From NCBI GenBank assembly GCA_011109175.1, contig RDEW01000031.1, positions 529,217 through 593,215 on the forward strand: a DNA stretch of 63,999 nt, read 5' to 3'. Below are positions 50,950-62,909 of this stretch, piece by piece; within the stretch, counting starts at the first letter, position 1; each line of letters starts with the position of its first letter. A program made the position numbers and the translations under genes. The stretch comes from Dicyema japonicum. Lineage: Eukaryota; Animalia; Dicyemida. The notes under the pieces are model-generated. The model saw only the letters and a program-made list of their open reading frames with translations. It did no database searches and was not told where the DNA came from.

Positions 50950-52300
50950 AACGGTCGAAGGATTCACCAGCTTCGTACACACCAATATCCCTCCTCATTC
51001 TCAATCAGATTAAACCTTACCTTCCGCACGTATCCTTCCAACATGTTTTTAAAAAGACTCGTTTTAAAACTCCTATCCTTACTTGCTTGACGAAATTTAT
51101 CAAGGAAGTCCTACAATGCAAACCTCGGCACTAAAAGACCATTAGGTGTTTCATTGATGTACAGAAGGCTTTTGACTCGATACTGAGGAAACTGCTCACC
51201 ATGAATATTTATGCCTCTAACATTCCAAACATGAAAATTTGGCTTGAATACTTCATCAACGGACCAAGAAGAAGAGAAATTTCACATTTCATATTTTCTG
51301 TCACTAAATTTCTGCCGAATGGGGTACCGCAAGGATCTTCTCTCACCGATTCTCTTCAACTTCATTGTGAGCGACATGCCTTCCCACAACAGCAACGATA
51401 CTTTATTCCTTGCTTATGTTGACGACTTAATCCTGGCAACAAGAGACCAATGTATCCACACAGCGGGTACCCGTTTACAAGAATTAGAGGACAACCTGAA
51501 CTGTTGGCTTATTAGTAACCAGTAACACAAAATTCCTGAAAAGTCGTGTTTCATGATTTTTATTTCCAATAGAAGATTGACAACTCGGCACCTTCATTGA
51601 CTCTATCTGGGATAACAATTCCTCAAAAAATTCAACCAAAATACTGGGGGTCACATATGACTCACATTGACCTTCAGCAAATATGTGCGCAACATCGTCT
51701 CCTTTTCCACAGCGAAAACCAAACTATGTAAAAACGTTACTTGGATACTACAAAAGATGTTTCCACCCAACAGTAGATCATCTCTACTACCAATATATAC
51801 TTCCGTCAATCAGTTACTGCTGCGCGGCATGAGGTATTAGCATATCCCACACCAACCTAAAGAAATTAAACTTCTTCCAAGAGACAGTAACCAAAACCCT
51901 ACAAAGGTCCTCCTTGTCATTAAAACCAACCCCGTTGAGGAACTCGTGAGGAAAACGGGAGCTCAGCCAAAACCCTTAAACTTTCGAAAAGTGATTCGTC
52001 CATACAGGAAGTGCGTCGGCACTCGGGAGGAACACCGAGGAAAGATAATCATAAATTTGTAAAGTTGTAATGTTTTCTAATTCTCTAAATTATTTGANAA
52101 AGATCCTCCTCGTCATTAAAACCAACCCCGTTCGAGGAACTCGTAAGGAGAACGGTAGCTTAGCCAAAACCCCTAAACTTCCGAAAAGTGATTCGTCCAT
52201 AAAGGAAGTGTGTCGGCACTCGGGAGGAAGACCGAGGAAAGATAATCATAAATTTGTAAAGTTGTAATGTTTTCTAATTCTCTAAATTATTTGACCTGTA
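50950..52300 (+). mobile_element. I/Jockey-like LINE, RT to 3' end
   Basis: PNGVPQGSSL, FLAYVDDLILA, ILGVTYD. C-terminus shared with 34080-34300. Confidence 0.8.
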
Positions 52301-52619
52301 TCATCAAAATGAGAGCTGGTTTTTTCAGGGTGAGTGCTTCCTGATTTATCATAGCGAAACTATGATTGGGGACCGAGCAGAATCAGCTATCAATAGGACT
52401 AATGGAGTGAAATAAAAATAACTAATAAGTTAATTGTCGAACACGTGATTGAACCAAAGCGAATTTACAAACAAAAAATATTCACAGGATCGAAAACCCA
52501 GAGTTTTTAAAACACGAAATATCCATACTGACGATAATTAAGAAAACTAAAAATCCTTGAAAATCTTAATTCATTGATTAATGAAAACCTCATTTGCGAT
52601 GCTAATTTAATTAATTTTA

Positions 52620-53290
52620 TTAAACCAAAAAACCACCGTCATAACCAAAATAAACAAATTCAGGTGATCCCAGCCTCCTTCAGCAGTCTCCGCATCTTTT
52701 CTTGGTGTTCCGACTGCGTTCCTGCGCATTTCCTATATGGACAAGTCCACATACCCGAATCCTTCGGAGAGGCACTGTTCCAGTCGCCTCTATCGTATTT
52801 TCTAAGTTTCTAGGCAGGATTTCCACTCGGGAATATTTCCTTAGTATGTTTGCTGCCTTTACTTGAATATTGCATATCTTGTCCAAATTTGTTGGAGAAA
52901 GGTTCGATCCCCAGATATTACATTCGTATCCTCTTGTCGCCTCGATGAACTGTTTGTATATGACATCCAGACCACTCAGATCTTTTATGTCTCTTAGGTT
53001 TCCTACGAACGCCTTCAGGAAGTTGATTTTCTTCATACAAGTCAATCACATATTTTCGATATTTTTTGTAAAGGTTAAGAAGATGTCCAAGATGACTCCC
53101 ANAGACTACTCAGATCTTTTATGTCTCTTAGGATTCCCAAGAACGCCTTCAGGAAGTTGATTTTCCTCGGACAAGTCCATAAAATATTTTCGACATATTT
53201 TGTAAAGGTTAAGAAGATGTCCAAGGTGACTCCCAGGATTTTCTGATATTTGTTTTGCGGGATAATCTTCCCATTCAGTGTTACCTAGTC
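52620..53290 (-). mobile_element. I/Jockey-like LINE 3' fragment
   Basis: YKQFIEATRGYECNIWGSNLSPTNLDKI, with the same 3' end as 4440-4720. Confidence 0.7.
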
Positions 53291-53459
53291 TTCTGTTTTC
53301 GTGAATAAGGTCAACACCGACTTCTCTGAGCTAGACTGTCACTTGAAACTTTTTCTCCAGACAAAGTTTTGAACTTAAGTTTAATGTCTTAATTTGAATT
53401 TGTCTAACCATCCGTGTGAAGCCCTAAAATTCTGAAGTAAGATTCTGGATGCGACTTTC

Positions 53460-53790
53460 AGTCCTAATAAAATAATTTAAGAATTACAATAATACCATTT
53501 TTTGGATTAAAGGTCCGGAAATGGGAACTTTTTGTTTTCTTTGGTGTTGAAATACATCCAACACTTTTGAATCCAAAAGTTTATGCTTTTCACTAGTGAC
53601 TGACTCTGAAGTCTCTGCATTTGAATAAATCTATCCATTTTTGTGAATGAAAAAATGTTTCTCTTGATTCTAGAGATTGTTCCGATTTTTGTGTCAAACA
53701 TTCTCGCGAGTTTTCGAATTGAATGCTCCTTTTTTGAAAGAAGTTTAGCAATTTCAATTTTTGTATCGTAGTTTAAGCTCATAAAAGGTG
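53460..53790 (-). mobile_element. pogo/Tigger transposase N-terminal HTH fragment
   Basis: MSLNYDTKIEIAKLL...IRKLARMFDTKIGTISRIKRN, then QREQKVPISGPLIQ in another frame. Confidence 0.7.
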
Positions 53791-53939
53791 TTTTGTTTTT
53801 TGGAGAATTTTCGTCTTTTCGTTGATCTTCATGTTCAATGCACGGATTCTGTTAGTATCATGTTTTGTTAGGTGCTTTTTTCTTTTGAAACAATTCCTTT
53901 TTTTATTAGTTTGATTGTGCTTGCATCATATTTCTTCTC

Positions 53940-54330
53940 TGTGAATATAAAATCTAATGAAATCGGATCTAACAGCCGTGAATCCGAATCCAAAAGATAG
54001 ACTTTTCAACAAAGGTCAATTCTTGTTAAACAGATCCCACCCTGGTTGTTGAAAGGGATCTTTCTCAATCATTTTGGCACGACAAAGTTGTTGAAATCGA
54101 TTTTCCTACCTTTCAATGACCAATCCAATGGTAAAGATTACTATTATGAAAACTCTTTCGCCCAAGAATGAAGTGATGTGCTCGACGGTAAGACATGTGA
54201 TGAAAATGAAAGAAGACCTACTTCTCTACCTCTTTTCTGAAGTTCATAATGGACTATTGGAGGATGGATTTGGTCAGCACAGTCAGATGTTCTCTCTTAG
54301 ATTCTTTTTTAGAAAACATCAATTTTAAAA
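53940..54330 (+). mobile_element. SINE family 2, old copy (duplicated at about 55690-56080)
   Basis: atcggatctaacagccgtgaatccgaatcc...aaacagatcccac...gatggatttggtcagcac aligns with the minus strand of 19096-19533. Confidence 0.65.
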
Positions 54331-54959
54331 AGTGGTGTTGTCAAGTACTCTAATAATTGTCTCAATGTTGAGAATCTCATTCATTTCCCAGAACCGACAA
54401 ATTTGGAGACTGAATCAGTTGTTGGTAACAAAACAACCCAACTAATTTTCACAAATGTCTCCCTTCACCTTGAAATGGTTGTTTCTTAATTCAGAGATAA
54501 TTATGATTAAAACACAATCACCAAATAACAAACTAAAATTATAANNNNNNNNNNNNNNNNNNNNNNNNNNNNNNNNNNNNNNNNNNNNNNNNNNNNNNNN
54601 NNNNNNNNNNNNNNNNNNNNNNNNNNNNNNNNNNNNNNNNNNNNNNNNNNNNNNNNNNNNNNNNNNNNNNNNNNNNNNNNNNNNNNNNNNNNNNNNNNNN
54701 NNNNNNNNNNNNNNNNNNNNNNNNNNNNNNNNNNNNNNNNNNNNNNNNNNNNNNNNNNNNNNNNNNNNNNNNNNNNNNNNNNNNNNNNNNNNNNNNNNNN
54801 NNNNNNNNNNNNNNNNNNNNNNNNNNNNNNNNNNNNNNTTATAACTTCATGATTATCTGTATCAAATATTCTCTTTGTGAATATCAAAGAATGTCAGTAA
54901 ATTGATTTAAATCGGATAATTTTATTTCATTACAAGTGAGCTTGATAATCTAATTTAAT

Positions 54960-55260
54960 ACAAGTACCTACCAGGCTTTCCCTACATTCCACGTTTTCTC
55001 ATGGTGGAAGTCTTCCGCTGAGAAGGGCGAGGGGTTGAAACGGGAAAAGTACGTGATCCTACCCAAGGATTTTTTGTTTGTTCACTCGCTATTGAGACGT
55101 CTAGTTCCTTTGAGACTGCGACACTGGAATTCTTGAGTTGTCTTGGGAATCGGATTCTACAAGAACAGGAGATCCTCGTGAGCGTTGCTAGTTATTTAGA
55201 CAAATGTCGCTCGCCATCCCGAGAGGCCACACAGGCGACTGTATCACCATTTGTTCACTT
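54960..55260 (+). mobile_element. CRE-like LINE 3' end
   Basis: Similar to the reverse complement of 28160-28600 (acaggagatcctcgtgagcg). Confidence 0.6.
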
Positions 55261-56288
55261 TTTTGTCATTAATAAATATTTTAATTATAAATTTTTTTTT
55301 CCAAAATAGATCAATTTATTACGAAAACAAGACAATCAAAATAATCCAACTGATAGAATGGAATGGCTGTTCTTCCTGACAACTGCCAGAGAAATCTTTT
55401 GAAACAACCACTCGGTTTCTCGACGCTCGTTGCTGACTCTAGAGATCATTGACCCAAGCGATCTTAGAAAGAAAACCATCTTCGAGCTGAAGACTCCACT
55501 TGTCTCGACAACAATGGACCGAACATGGAATCTTGTGAAAAACCTGTCGTATTTTTTTATCTTGAAATTCTATAAAGTCCGAGCAGCCTCCTCAGCTTTC
55601 AACGCGGAACCTGAAAGCCTCGACTGGGAAAAGGTGTCNACAATTCCTTTTTTTATTAGTTTGATTGTGCTTGCATCATATTTCTTCTCTGTGAATGTAA
55701 AATCTAATGAAATCGGATCTAACAGCCGTGAATCCGAATCCAAAAGATAGACTTTTCAACGAAGGTCAATTCTTGTTAAACAGATCCCACCCTGGTTGTT
55801 GAAAGGGATCTTTCTCAATCATTTTGGCACAACAAAGTTGTTAAAATCGATTTTCCTACCTTCCAACGACCAATCCAATGGTAAAGATTACTATTATGAA
55901 AACTTTTTCGCCCAAGAATGAAGTGATGTGCTCGACGGTAGGACATGTGATGAAAATGGAAGAAGACCTACTTCTCTACCTCTTTTCTGAAGTTCATAAT
56001 GGACTATTGAAGGATGGATTCGGTCAGCACAGTCAGATGTTCTCTCTTAGATTCTTTTTTAGAAAACATCAATTTTAAAAAGTGGTGTTGTCAAGTACTC
56101 TAATAATTGTCTCAATGTTGAGAATCTCATTCATTTCCCAGAACCGACAAATCTGGAGACTGAATCAGTTTTTAGTAACAAAACAACCCAACTAATTTTC
56201 ACAAATGTCTCCCTTTACCTTGAAATGGTTGTTTCTTAATTCAGAGATAATTATGATTAAAACACAATGACCAAATAACAAACTAAAA

Positions 56289-57060
56289 TTATAATTCTTT
56301 GTGAAATGCTAAAATTTCATTGATTTCTGGTGTTTGGTCTTTTTCGTAAATTTCTATGTATTCATCGAAGGAGATGTAATTATTCTATCATAAATATCCC
56401 CCAACTTTATCCAAATCAATTTGGTTGAATATTTTGTTTATTTGACGATTTTTTATATATTTTTGAATCACAAAAGGCTTTAATTCTTCTGTTGTAAGCA
56501 CGTTGTCTCCATCCGTGTCATACGCATATAAATTCAACTGTCTGCACGCTAAACTAAGTTTAACGAGAACCAATTGACTCCTCCAAATCGAGGATCCCGT
56601 CATTATTTTTGTCGTGAAACTCCATAAAAAGTTTCTAAAAGGACATTAACCGCACATTATTACCATGGCGTTTATTATTTGGTAATTTATATCGATTTCT
56701 GGATCCAATATAGAAACCAGTTCTTCCGGAGAGATAACCCCATCTTTGTTCAAATCATGAGTCTCAAATATTTTTTCAGGGATCTCCCTTTTCAGAATAG
56801 TTGTCAATTGAGAAATGTTCATGCCTGTGATGTTGTTGTCTGTGAATAGTTTTCTGTTTTTTTCCAAGCTTCGGTTAAAAGCCATTTCTTTTGTATAATG
56901 TACGAATTCATTTTTTCCGACTTTACCGTTTTTATTTTTATCCATTGAATTGAATTTATCCCTTGAATTACTGAAATTATACTTACAATGCAATTTCGGT
57001 TATATTTTCTGAATCATTGAGAATCTTAAAGAACAAAATTGACAAAATCATAAAAATCAT
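56289..57060 (-). CDS. Secreted/ER-lumen multi-EF-hand protein (CREC/reticulocalbin-calumenin-like), 224 aa
   Basis: Hydrophobic N-terminus MIFMILSILFF. EF loops DKNKNGKVGKNE, DLNKDGVISPEE, DKNNDGILDLEE, DTDGDNVLTTEE, DLDKNNYISFDE. C-terminal HKEL. Introns 56962-56986, 56635-56663, 56549-56570 and 56385-56405 give a 675-nt open frame. Confidence 0.8.
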
Positions 57061-57180
57061 TTCCTGAACAAATTTTGTGTTTTTAAATAAATTTGATTAT
57101 TAAAAAAATTGTTTAATATTAAAAATAAATTTATTCAAAAAAACATTATTAACATATCAAAGATTCGTTTGTCTTTTGTG

Positions 57181-57342
57181 AAAAACCGGATTTGGGAGTC
57201 TCGTATCAATTTCCCGTATCCCAAGCACCCCTTAGACAACTGGGCCTACGCTATCAGTGTTTACTCCACTGAGTTCACTCGAAGTTGGGTTCTAAGGAAA
57301 TGTTCTGCTATGATCAGCAGAAAGAAGCGTGCTCATCAGCAC
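57181..57342. other. Candidate structured ncRNA (four consecutive hairpins)
   Basis: Stems listed under findings. A T5 run follows the last stem on the minus strand. Confidence 0.3.
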
Positions 57343-57539
57343 ATAAAAAATATAATAAGCAAATAATAATTTTCGAGTTAATTAAGAAGAGGGATGAGAG
57401 GATACATCCATCTATATGAGTTGAAAACAATAAATTTTTTTAGTGTACCCTATCTACGCCACCAACCATTGACTGATCAAGTTTATCTACGAATATTGAA
57501 AAATAATAAGATTAACGTCAGAAATAAATTAACTAATGT

Positions 57540-57830
57540 GCTTCTTCTATGTTATCCTCCCTAGCACATTCTCCTTCTTTTATGGCCCAACTAGACCAAT
57601 AGCACAGACTCATCCTGAATAAGATCTAAAGTCTTCGTTGTCCCAGTTTGTCCATTTTGTTCATCTCCAAGGTGGCATATTTGGCTAGTTAGTCTTTCAC
57701 TATTGATAACGTCCATCAATCTTTCTTCAAAAGTCCCTATTTGTGTTCTACTCGCATGCTCTTCAAGGTCTTCTTGATCACTTGAGACGCTCTTATAGTG
57801 CTCTCCACATTAAGTGATGTTTATAAAACC
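57540..57830 (-). mobile_element. RTE-like LINE C-terminal remnant
   Basis: ERLMDVINS...GDEQN resembles 'RWMD.I..D...AQDR'. Confidence 0.4.
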
Positions 57831-59640
57831 TTGATACAATTCCATCCCAGGTAAGCACTGTGGCACAATGTTAACCTTAGCATTATGTATTAGTCCCAAT
57901 TCGCCTGCAAGCATATTTGAGCAATTTTTCCACTTCGACTTGCTTTAGTGCCTGCTGGGAAGTGATGCTAATCCCAATAAATGTAATCATTTCCTTCAGT
58001 TTATCGATAACAAATATATCAGGCTTGCTATGCTCAATATTTGTCTCGGTATTAGTTGTGGTCTCCACACGAATTTCAATATTGTCATTGGCGACTATTG
58101 ATTGCACAGAGTGTGTTTTGAACTTCTTCGAGTGTTTTGTCCCATATAATCTACATAGATGCAGATGAATACATCTCACTTCGTTGTGTCGTCGAAGTAT
58201 TCACTGTTCAGCATTCGACCGCACCTTGTAGCCAAATAATCAACAATTTTTAGCAGTGCTACAGTGACCACAATTAGAGCCAATACTATCGAAGAATAAA
58301 TTACGCTCTTGAGTGAGGCACAACATTCGGGAAGATTCTGTTATATCAACATTGTTATCATAAAGACAGTTGAAGAGTATTCCATGCAATGGTTTTGCAC
58401 GTATTTGTTCCAATAAACATTTTTTTGTAGTTCTTCAATGTGTCCATTTTGAGAATATCGGGTTCATGAATTTAATATTTTCGGTTGAGGAATTCTATGA
58501 TTGTGGCCATATGAGTTTTCTTTGATTTGATGGTAGAATTCCTGCCTTCCTCAGACAATAGCATGATTTCTTTTCAACATCCCATAGGAATTGGAGCAGC
58601 ATGCGTTCACTTTTGTGTGTAATGGAGACTAGACCCCTTCCGAGCTGATCTCTTGGTAAATAAAGTCGTTCTTTGTTTCCGAGTTTAAAGTGAATCCTAT
58701 GATTTACAAGGATTTTGCGTATATCCTTGTCAATGAGTTCAAATTCAGTTGGTTCGATATTAATTATCTGATGTAATAGTTGTAGAGAGATAAAGCATGC
58801 TTATTCATGGCCTTTAACAGGTTCCCAGAATTTAATTTTGTCACTGCCAAGTTGTCGATTCTATTCTTAACTTCATCAAATGTCGTCTTTAGAACTTTGT
58901 TTTTCAAGATGATGCTATTTTTGTCCTCCAACACACCAAGGTATCGATATCTCTTCATATCATCCATCAGTTTGGGTCGGGAACTCAACCCATATCCATT
59001 ACTAGCCGATTTTTCTGCATTTGGTTCCAGTCCAGCTGCTTCCAAGAACATATTAACTTCATTTATCATAAACAACGTTGTATCTTCTTTGTGGGAAAAT
59101 ATTTTCAAGTCGACCATGAACAGTAGATGATTTGTGGCGTACACAAGAGATCCTCGATCATGGCAATCTATGGTCACCTTTGGGTATTTTGCATTCAAAA
59201 TCCTGCTGAGAGGATCCAACAGAAGTACAAATATTTGTGGAGACAACGAATTGCCTTGCAAGATCCATCGATTCAATTCAACTTCTCCAATTTCTTTTTG
59301 ATTAAAATAAGTCTGATTTTCCATTTGAAACTCACGATCCAGTATGGGAGTCCAAAGTTGTCCAAGACTTTGTATAAAAAGTCATGATTTACAGAATCGA
59401 ATGCTTTCTTAAAATCTATCCATGTCGGAGACAAATTGTTCCCATTCTTTTTAGTTATACACTGGTTAAGGATTGCCTGTCCTTTAGCCCCTTGACACAT
59501 CCTTTTAGTTCCCAGTTGATTATCATTCACGAGGTCGAATGCTTCTATATAGTCTGACAATTTACGTTTAACACATTTTGTCACTAACTTATAAAGTTAG
59601 TCATGCATGTAGTCGGCCTCAAGTCTTTCTGGGATTGACA
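57830..59640 (-). mobile_element. NeSL/R4-like LINE (RT plus restriction-like endonuclease), degraded
   Basis: QLGTKRMCQGAK, WIDFKKAFDSVNH, ILQGNSLSPQIF, NHLLFMVDLK, YRYLGVLE, KPDIFVIDK. Confidence 0.88.
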
Positions 59641-59699
59641 TATATCTCTCTTCGGGATAAGATATGTAATCCCTGTGCCATCTATGCAATCGGGTCACT

Positions 59700-60030
59700 A
59701 GAACGTTTCTGATTGTGTGGCAGTTATGCAACTAAAGTTTGGGGATAAACCTAATTCCATCATATGATCATCAATATATATGCACCAACATGAGCTAGAG
59801 TCATTCTAATCCTCAGCCTTATGGAGACACACAGCTCTCTATCGTAGTCATATTTAACTGGTGATTGGAATCCGAGAACGGAGAGCACAATAGGGAGAGA
59901 CTTGCACCAGGTCGCATGGGATAAATTGCCGAAATTCTCCTGGAGAGTCGCTAATCCAATTCTGCATGACTTTTGATTTGCTCATAACGAGCACTGCCTT
60001 CGACCAGGAAGGCATAAGACTGCTTGAGAA
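59700..60030 (+). mobile_element. RTE-type APE endonuclease fragment
   Basis: GDWN, LIQFCMTFDLLITST (compare 'LL.FC....L.ITNT'). Confidence 0.5.
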
Positions 60031-60229
60031 TAGGTAAAAATGAAAACATTATCAAATTTATTACATCCTATGCAGAAAAAATATGAAAAACACTATATTA
60101 ACGACAACGACATTAGGAAAACATCATCCCTTATTATACTGAACGAATTAACAGTTTTTTTGCCTGAATTAACGGATATTGCGGGCAGGTTGAACCCATA
60201 AAAATATAAAATGGAATCTGTCCCGTGCT

Positions 60230-60600
60230 TTTATAAATAGTAATGTTGTATTGAAATACAATTTTTTAATAGCTAAGTCAATTAGCGAAAATATATGTAT
60301 TTCTGCAAAAACTCTATCGAATTATTGGAGACTTAAAAAAATTGGGAAAATTGAAAGTAATCCAACAGGTGGTCTTCAAAATATAAAAATCACTAAAGAA
60401 ATTTCTCTGTTTATAAAGAATGAAGTATCGGGTTCGTGTGATATTTCTTGTAAAAAAATATCCTCGAAAATATTTGCTAAATTTGGTTTAACGATCAGAA
60501 CATAAGCAATCCATTATCATTTAGAAGGATTCAACTACTCTTAAAAAAATTCAACTTCTTCCAGAACGAAGAATATCAAATGATGTGGATCCTTTAAGTA
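60230..60600 (+). mobile_element. Tc1/IS630-like transposase N-terminal remnant
   Basis: PTGGLQNIKITKEISLFIKNEV, similar to the 26580-26790 remnant. Confidence 0.55.
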
Positions 60601-60649
60601 AACAATATGCAAAAAAATTATTGGCACACTATCCAATACTCAAGAAAGT

Positions 60650-61130
60650 AAGTTTTGGGTACCTTCCTGGATAATGAATGCGTCCGTATTGTGATCTCAT
60701 TACGACGGGATTAAAAGTTTGTGTTCCACATCTGTGCCGATGCAGACACTAAATTGACTGTTTTGGCCTACACCTCTGCGGGAATTGTGCAGGCAGATCT
60801 CCCAGATACATGGTCTTGAAAGAAGTCATTAGGCAAGCTTTGTCGCCGCCGGTCTTTCCAAGAGTGACAGAAAACGACCAGATGGAATGAATATCTTCCT
60901 TTTTGAAGCAGGGAAACCGCTTGTCTGGGACATCACATTTACCAACACGCTTGCCCTTGCAACCTACTCCAGAGTGCCTCTCGTTGAGACGTCTGGTTCT
61001 TTGGCGAGTGGAACGAACAAAAATCATTGTGTAGGACCGTTTACTTTGCCCGTTTCAACCCCTCAGTGTTCTCAGTGGAAGAACAGGCTCCAGAGGTTCG
61101 TGATGAGCTGTTAAAATACTCAAGAATGCG
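60650..61130 (+). mobile_element. CRE-like LINE 3' portion
   Basis: HLCRC, RPDGMNIFLFEAGKPLVWDITFTNTLA. Confidence 0.75.
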
Positions 61131-61299
61131 TTGGAATAACTATCGCGGAAATTTCAAACAAATGCTTTCAACTCCCTTCCCATAGACACGGAGTACTACT
61201 ACCACTTAAAAAACCTAGAAAATAGAAGGGTAAAGACTCATATAAAAACTCAGAACTACTCTCTATTGACTAGTGTGAGAAAAATAGTATCTCGTCCTA

Positions 61300-61800
61300 T
61301 ATCGTATAAAAAACACAGTAGAACAATACCTGTTGCACAGTCAGAGTGACGATCAACCAAGAGTGGCTTCAGGAGAGTCAGCGTTGGTATACCTGCATGC
61401 CAAATAGATGAGAAAATTAAATACATCATGGGAATTGATCAAAGGCGTTCGATAGCATCAACAGCATCAACCAACATATTAAATGAGGATTTCCTGAGGC
61501 TAATGAGATTCCTACTTGCAGAAACAGAGATAATCGTAAAAGCTGACATGAAGCACTCTAAAATAGAGTCTAGATGGAGGGTATTTGAGTATGACCTAAA
61601 GATAAAGGTGGACACACTATGCATTATTACCATGGAAGAGTATTTTAATCCAAACAGAAGACGTGCTTTCCGAGGAGGTCGAGACGAACAGTATTTATAA
61701 AAGAATATTATCAGAAGATAGGGAAAAATTTCAATTCAGTGGATGACCTCGATAATATTCGAATGCGAGCAAGGAAACTGCTTACAGTTTGACTCAAGCA
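61300..61800 (+). mobile_element. Probable NeSL/R4-like LINE N-terminal remnant
   Basis: ESRWRVFE...FNPNRRRAF resembles the basic pre-RT region of these elements. Confidence 0.3.
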
Positions 61801-62567
61801 AACCCTACTTAGGGAAAACTTTTAACCAACTTTATTTCACATTCTTTTGGTGTTCATGTTCCTTCGATATGGAATTTTGCCCATTGTTGCCTTGATAAAA
61901 GAAATTAATAATTAATAAAGACATGACTGATATTTTGTTAAATATAAATAAGCTAACTGACCACAATAAAACAACTTGGTCTCTCACAATAACATGGTTC
62001 CAGAATTACTTCAATTTAAAATGAGGTCAACTATTTATGTCACTAAAACAAAAAGAATGCCATATTAGGCCATTAAAATAGAGAAATTCATCAAGATTTG
62101 TAAAATATCCCTAACATGTCTATTTTTAATGAATTCCCCCACTCGAATTTCCATAACATACACAACACAGAATTAAAAGACGAGGTTGCCAGAGTATGGA
62201 CAGGTTGAACGAACTACCTAACGATTCAATCACATCCCCCTATTTAATAAGTTACCGGAAAATTAATTTGGTTGGTAAACAAACTGTATTTGCCTCTTCT
62301 CTGACATGAAATAAGTTTAGCAAAAATGATGGCACCACGATTACTGCTATCAAAGTCAAGATATCAAACCAAATTCCCTTATTAATAAGTTACCAGACAA
62401 TTAATTTTGGTTAGTAAACAACCTGTATTTGACTTTTCTCCGACATGCAACAGTGACCAAGATTATTGCTATCAAAGTCAAGATATCAACGACACAGCAA
62501 AATACGGATATTATAACTTTCCTGTTTCTATACGATGGTTTACTGGTATTTCTCATGCATTGCTTAT

Positions 62568-62909
62568 CTAAAATATATAAATAAATAAACTGTAGAATAT
62601 AGATCCTTCAATATCTCCCTTTCCTTGTATTCGGGCGACTAAACATGGGATTTGGAAATAAAAATTGGGAAATGATTTAACAATTCTTTTGCATAAATGT
62701 ATTTCAGGATTGTTAGTCGCCCTCTGATTGACTTTAATCTCATAATTATTGTAGTCATCGAAAAAATGTGATACTTCGATCTTTTTAAGGGTATACTCTC
62801 CACCAGAGAAAGTGAATGCAAACCACATGTGAACATTTTCGGACGATAAGACAAGACGAATTTCGTCTTTTAATTGAATTCTTTTTAATTCTGCGTCTCT
62901 GTCAATCAA
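62568..62909 (-). CDS. Hypothetical protein exon
   Basis: 113-aa ORF with protein-like composition in non-repeat sequence. No family recognised and the start is unknown. Confidence 0.25.
   Translation of the reverse strand: MIDRDAELKRIQLKDEIRLVLSSENVHMWFAFTFSGGEYTLKKIEVSHFFDDYNNYEIKVNQRATNNPEIHLCKRIVKSFPNFYFQIPCLVARIQGKGDIEGSIFYSLFIYIF

Noticed and set aside
2861-54838. Long ORFs made of X residues over N runs (2710-3213, 16480-16686, 17327-17764, 18420-18740, 54507-54887)
   Set aside because: Artefacts of translating assembly gaps.
57325-57342. CTGATGAG as a hammerhead ribozyme core
   Set aside because: The required GAAA after stem II and the stem III geometry are absent.
62220-62490. Diverged direct repeat of about 130-150 bp as an LTR pair
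   Set aside because: Adjacent copies with no internal region, no TG...CA ends and no PBS or PPT.
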